Origin: Pristiophorus japonicus
Taxonomy: Eukaryota
Direction: 5' to 3'
NCBI RefSeq assembly: GCF_044704955.1
Contig: NC_091978.1
Location: forward strand, 68,386,001 to 68,450,000
Length of the DNA: 64,000 bases
Shown: positions 60,633-64,000 of the stretch, piece after piece
How the letters are laid out: the number at the start of each line of letters is the position of its first letter
Position numbering within the stretch: position 1 is the first letter of the stretch
Notes under the pieces: generated by a model
Seen by the model: the letters and a program-made list of their open reading frames with translations, nothing else
Told to the model about the DNA's origin: nothing
Databases searched by the model: none
Position numbers and translations under genes: made by a program

Positions 60633-63600
60633 TGTTGTGTTCATACTCTATTTGTTGGTTGCACAAACCCTCACTGGACAGGCATTAGGACCCTGCGGGG
60701 GCTATTCACACCTGCTGTAAACATGCTGGTTTTGGACACTATTTTGAGAATTGCTAAAAAAGGACACAGTTAGATGCACTACTCCTGTTTCAGTTAGTCT
60801 GTTTATTTACGTACACAACATAATTTGGCGATGAGGATGAATCAAATTAACCTCTCTACCACCGCCTTTTCTCTCCACACCCGGGGACCCTCCAATCCCA
60901 TGGCCGAGATAGATAAAAAGCTTTTCTAAGTACATTACGGCGAGTGGGTTAGACGGCGACAACGTAACACCAGCTCGCCGCCGTGCAATACTTATCCACT
61001 ACCTCGGCACCAAAGGCCAACGCATCTTTGGCCAAATCGAAGACACTGATTCCTGGACAAAGCGGTTAGTGCCCTAGAGAAATATATTAGGTGAAAGAAA
61101 AGTATCATGATGGAGAGATACAAATTTTGTCAAAGGGGGCAACAGAACGGTGTACCAATCAAACAGTACATCATTTCATTAACTGAACTGGCCGCTACGT
61201 GTAACTTTGGAGCACTCACAGAGGAAATGATCAGGGATCAAATTATTGAGAAAACTACAATCCCCGCATTCGGGAATGCTTGCTTAATGGAGGATAACAA
61301 ATTGACATTGGACAAAGCAACTAATTTGGCCATCCAAATCGAATCAGCGCTTTCCGATTCAAAAGCGATCAGATCCCCTGCTCCTCCTGTGCAGCAGACT
61401 GCAGCTACAGCCCTTGTGCAAGGTGTTCGTCCAAAGCTGAAATCATAGCAGAGACCCAGGGCTAGTAATAATGCACCCACTACAGATCGCAGGCCTTAAC
61501 TTCCACTGCTTTAACTGGGGACAAATCACATTCAGCAGAGAGTCTTAAATGCCCTGCACATGGGAAGAAATGCTCTGCATGTGGTAAAATGAACCATTTT
61601 GCTAGTGTCTGTCGCTCATCGCAGCATATTCGACATGTGGACAACCACGGATAGTGATGAACCCAGTATGGTTTACACCATTAATGACATTTCGAACATC
61701 GGTTCGTGCAAATTCAAGGACTGTGATGTAAACATTGACTGCACACCCATCTGCCTCCTCATTGACATTGGAGCCAAAGTCTCCATATTGAGCGAGGCTA
61801 TGTACAAAACCCACTTCACGCACTGTCAACTGCAGCACGCAACTTCCACTTTACATGCATAATCCGACTCCAAAATTGAGGTACTTGGGATCATATCTGT
61901 CCTGATATACTACAAGGACATAACATTGGAGAACTTTTCTTTTCATGTCGCGAAGGGACAAAGCCTCGTGGATGTTGACCTTTTTGACAAGCTTGGGTTC
62001 AAAGTTTACGACCCAACCAGCACACCTGTGTACACAATGGACTTTGACGAGCAGTATCCCTCAATCTTTACAGGGTTTGGAGTGACAACAAAATTCTGCC
62101 CCCGCGCTGACCTTTCAAACCAATTATGCAGCGACTTCACCATCTCCCATTCGCGGTTCGTGATAAGTATCCAAGGATTAATGCAACTTGAATCTCGGAA
62201 TCATTGAGAGCATCGACTCCTCACCCTGGATCTCGAATTTAATCATTGCTTGGCGTAAAAATGGGGAGATACACCTATGCATCGACCTGAAAGAGGTCAA
62301 CAAGGCCATCATCCCCGACAAGTACCCTCTTTCTACCATTGATGAACTGTCTTCAGAATTCCACAGCTCAATAGTTTTTACGAAACTCGGCATGCGCCGC
62401 AGTTACCTGCAAATACCCCTCGTGGAGGACAGCAAACCGCTCACTGCATTCACGACGCATGATGGTCTGGATCAGTATCGACACATGCCCTACCGACTAT
62501 TTTCTGCACTAAGTGCATTCAGAAGATTGTCACGGCTATGCTAGCAGGCATAGAGGGAGCCCTCAATCTGCTTGACGATATGATTGTCCATGGACGGACA
62601 ATGGAAGAACATGACCAGTGACTTCATGCAGTTATGGCTAGACTTGCTACACATAACATTACACTTAATGCCGATAAGTGTACAGTCGCTGCTGGAGAAA
62701 TAAACTTTCTGGGCTACAGAGTCACAGCACAAGGTTGACACCATTGACCAGTCGCAACCACCTAGCTGACATGCTCAGCCACTCGACACCTGCTTCGGAC
62801 TTGGTGCTGACTTGTTCACAGATGACGACACATATGTCACGCCGATCATTACTCAGTCCATCAGAAACCTTGTCTCCTGCGACAAATTCAAAACCAAATC
62901 ATAGCGTGATGCTACGCTCTAGCATGTGTGCCACTTCCTCCAGACTGAGTGGCCTAAGCAAATTCCGGAAGAGCTGAAAACTTCCACAGACTTCGTGATG
63001 AATTTTCCATTTAGAATGATGGCTGCCTAGCTCGTGGTGATAGAGCAGTAATTCCCAAGTCACTTCAACAGTGTGTTCTCTCATTGGCACACGATGGACA
63101 CCCTGGCATTGCTCGCATGAAACAGAGATGTCGCGATTCAGTATGGTGGCCTGGGATTGACACTCACATCGAGGAATTTGTCTCATACCGCGAAGCATGC
63201 AGTCTGAGCGAAAAGGCCACAAACATCCGACCAGTGCCAATGAAGCCCATTCCACGGCCGCAAAGACCATGGCAACAACTTCAGTTGGATATCTTTGGTC
63301 CAGTTGAAGCAGCTCCACAGCACCAGCACTTGTTGTAGGACATGACCTGCATTCCATATGGCCAGAAATTGCTACAAGTTTAGTGACCTCATCAACGATC
63401 GTCCGTATTCTGCAGTGTAGGTTCATGAAGTTGGGCCGCCCAGAGGTCACAAACACTGACAATGGACCACAGTTTGTGTCCGACCAGTTTGTGAATTTCC
63501 TCACACATCTTGCTATCGAGCTTTGCCTTACTGCTCAGTACAATCCTCAAAGCAATGGAGGTGTTGAGCGATTTAACCGCGTCATCAGAGGGTTTGAAAG

Positions 63601-63778
63601 TTCAGCTCTCACACCTACGAGCTCAATGAACGCTCGTAGACTGATCCCAACTCACAGGCCAACAGACCGGCATGATGGAACAGAGGCACTGTTCTGTTTC
63701 CCAACCGAAAACGTCGATCAAACACCGCAAGCTGCATGCTGGTCTCAGCGCATCAGAACACGGCCTGGCTATCTCAAG
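60633..63778 (+). mobile_element. Degenerate Ty3/Gypsy LTR retrotransposon (5' LTR 60633-60820, PBS, gag-pol remnants)
   Basis: LTR TGTTGTGT...ACACAACA. PBS TGGCGATGAGGATG, complementary to the tRNA-Ser(GCU) 3' end. Gag with CSACGKMNHFASVC knuckle, protease LIDIGAKVS, RT (LCIDLKEVN, LLDD), integrase (AHDGHPG, TDNGPQF, NGGVERFN). Order PR-RT-IN. Confidence 0.9.
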
Positions 63779-64000
63779 GGGCTAGACTTTCCCAAGAGCC
63801 CCTCACTGCTCAATTGCCTGCCCAGAAAAATCGCTAAAGTTTTGCAAATAATGCCGGCGAGAATTTCCATTATTAAGTTAAAAATAATCGCCCGTAGAGA
63901 AAATGGATTTTGCACCACTATTCTTGGCGGTTAAAGTGGAAATTAAGTAAAACAGGCCATTCTTAAAATTATTTTAAAAATTTAGTCTGAGGCTATAGTT
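63778..64000. mobile_element. Start of another probable Harbinger-type MITE interrupting the Gypsy 3' end
   Basis: Abrupt switch at GGGCTAGACTTTCC, resembling the other GGG-starting TIRs; the other end lies outside the window. Confidence 0.35.

Noticed and set aside
49074-64000. MALT1 exon 5 (Ig2)
   Set aside because: No convincing Ig2-coding segment with splice sites was found by eye; it probably lies beyond the window.

Overview
Vertebrate genomic DNA. The repeat families point to a cartilaginous fish (shark); this is inferred. The only host gene is the 5' part of a paracaspase, most likely MALT1, on the + strand. Four coding exons (2758-2909, 31428-31594, 45354-45478, 48926-49073) splice in frame through GT-AG junctions into 197 aa: the death domain plus the first Ig domain. 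The gene continues beyond the window. The introns are mostly nested transposon debris: CR1, L2 and RTE LINEs, Deu-domain tRNA-derived SINEs, an internally deleted RTE 'bipartite' SINE, Penelope remnants with minimal hammerhead-ribozyme motifs, PIF/Harbinger elements and MITEs, a Tc1/pogo-type MITE and a decayed Gypsy LTR element. Intron 2 also holds a gapped ~8.3 kb CT-rich tandem array. Most notable observations: (i) a ~92-bp TSD-flanked insertion that is essentially only a hammerhead motif plus tail; (ii) Gln in place of the MALT1 R149 auto-cleavage arginine; (iii) a reconstructable Harbinger element with four levels of nesting; (iv) consistent tail-to-target microhomology at four CR1 insertions. 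I found no clearly new multi-gene system. Family names come from recognised motifs, not from database searches.
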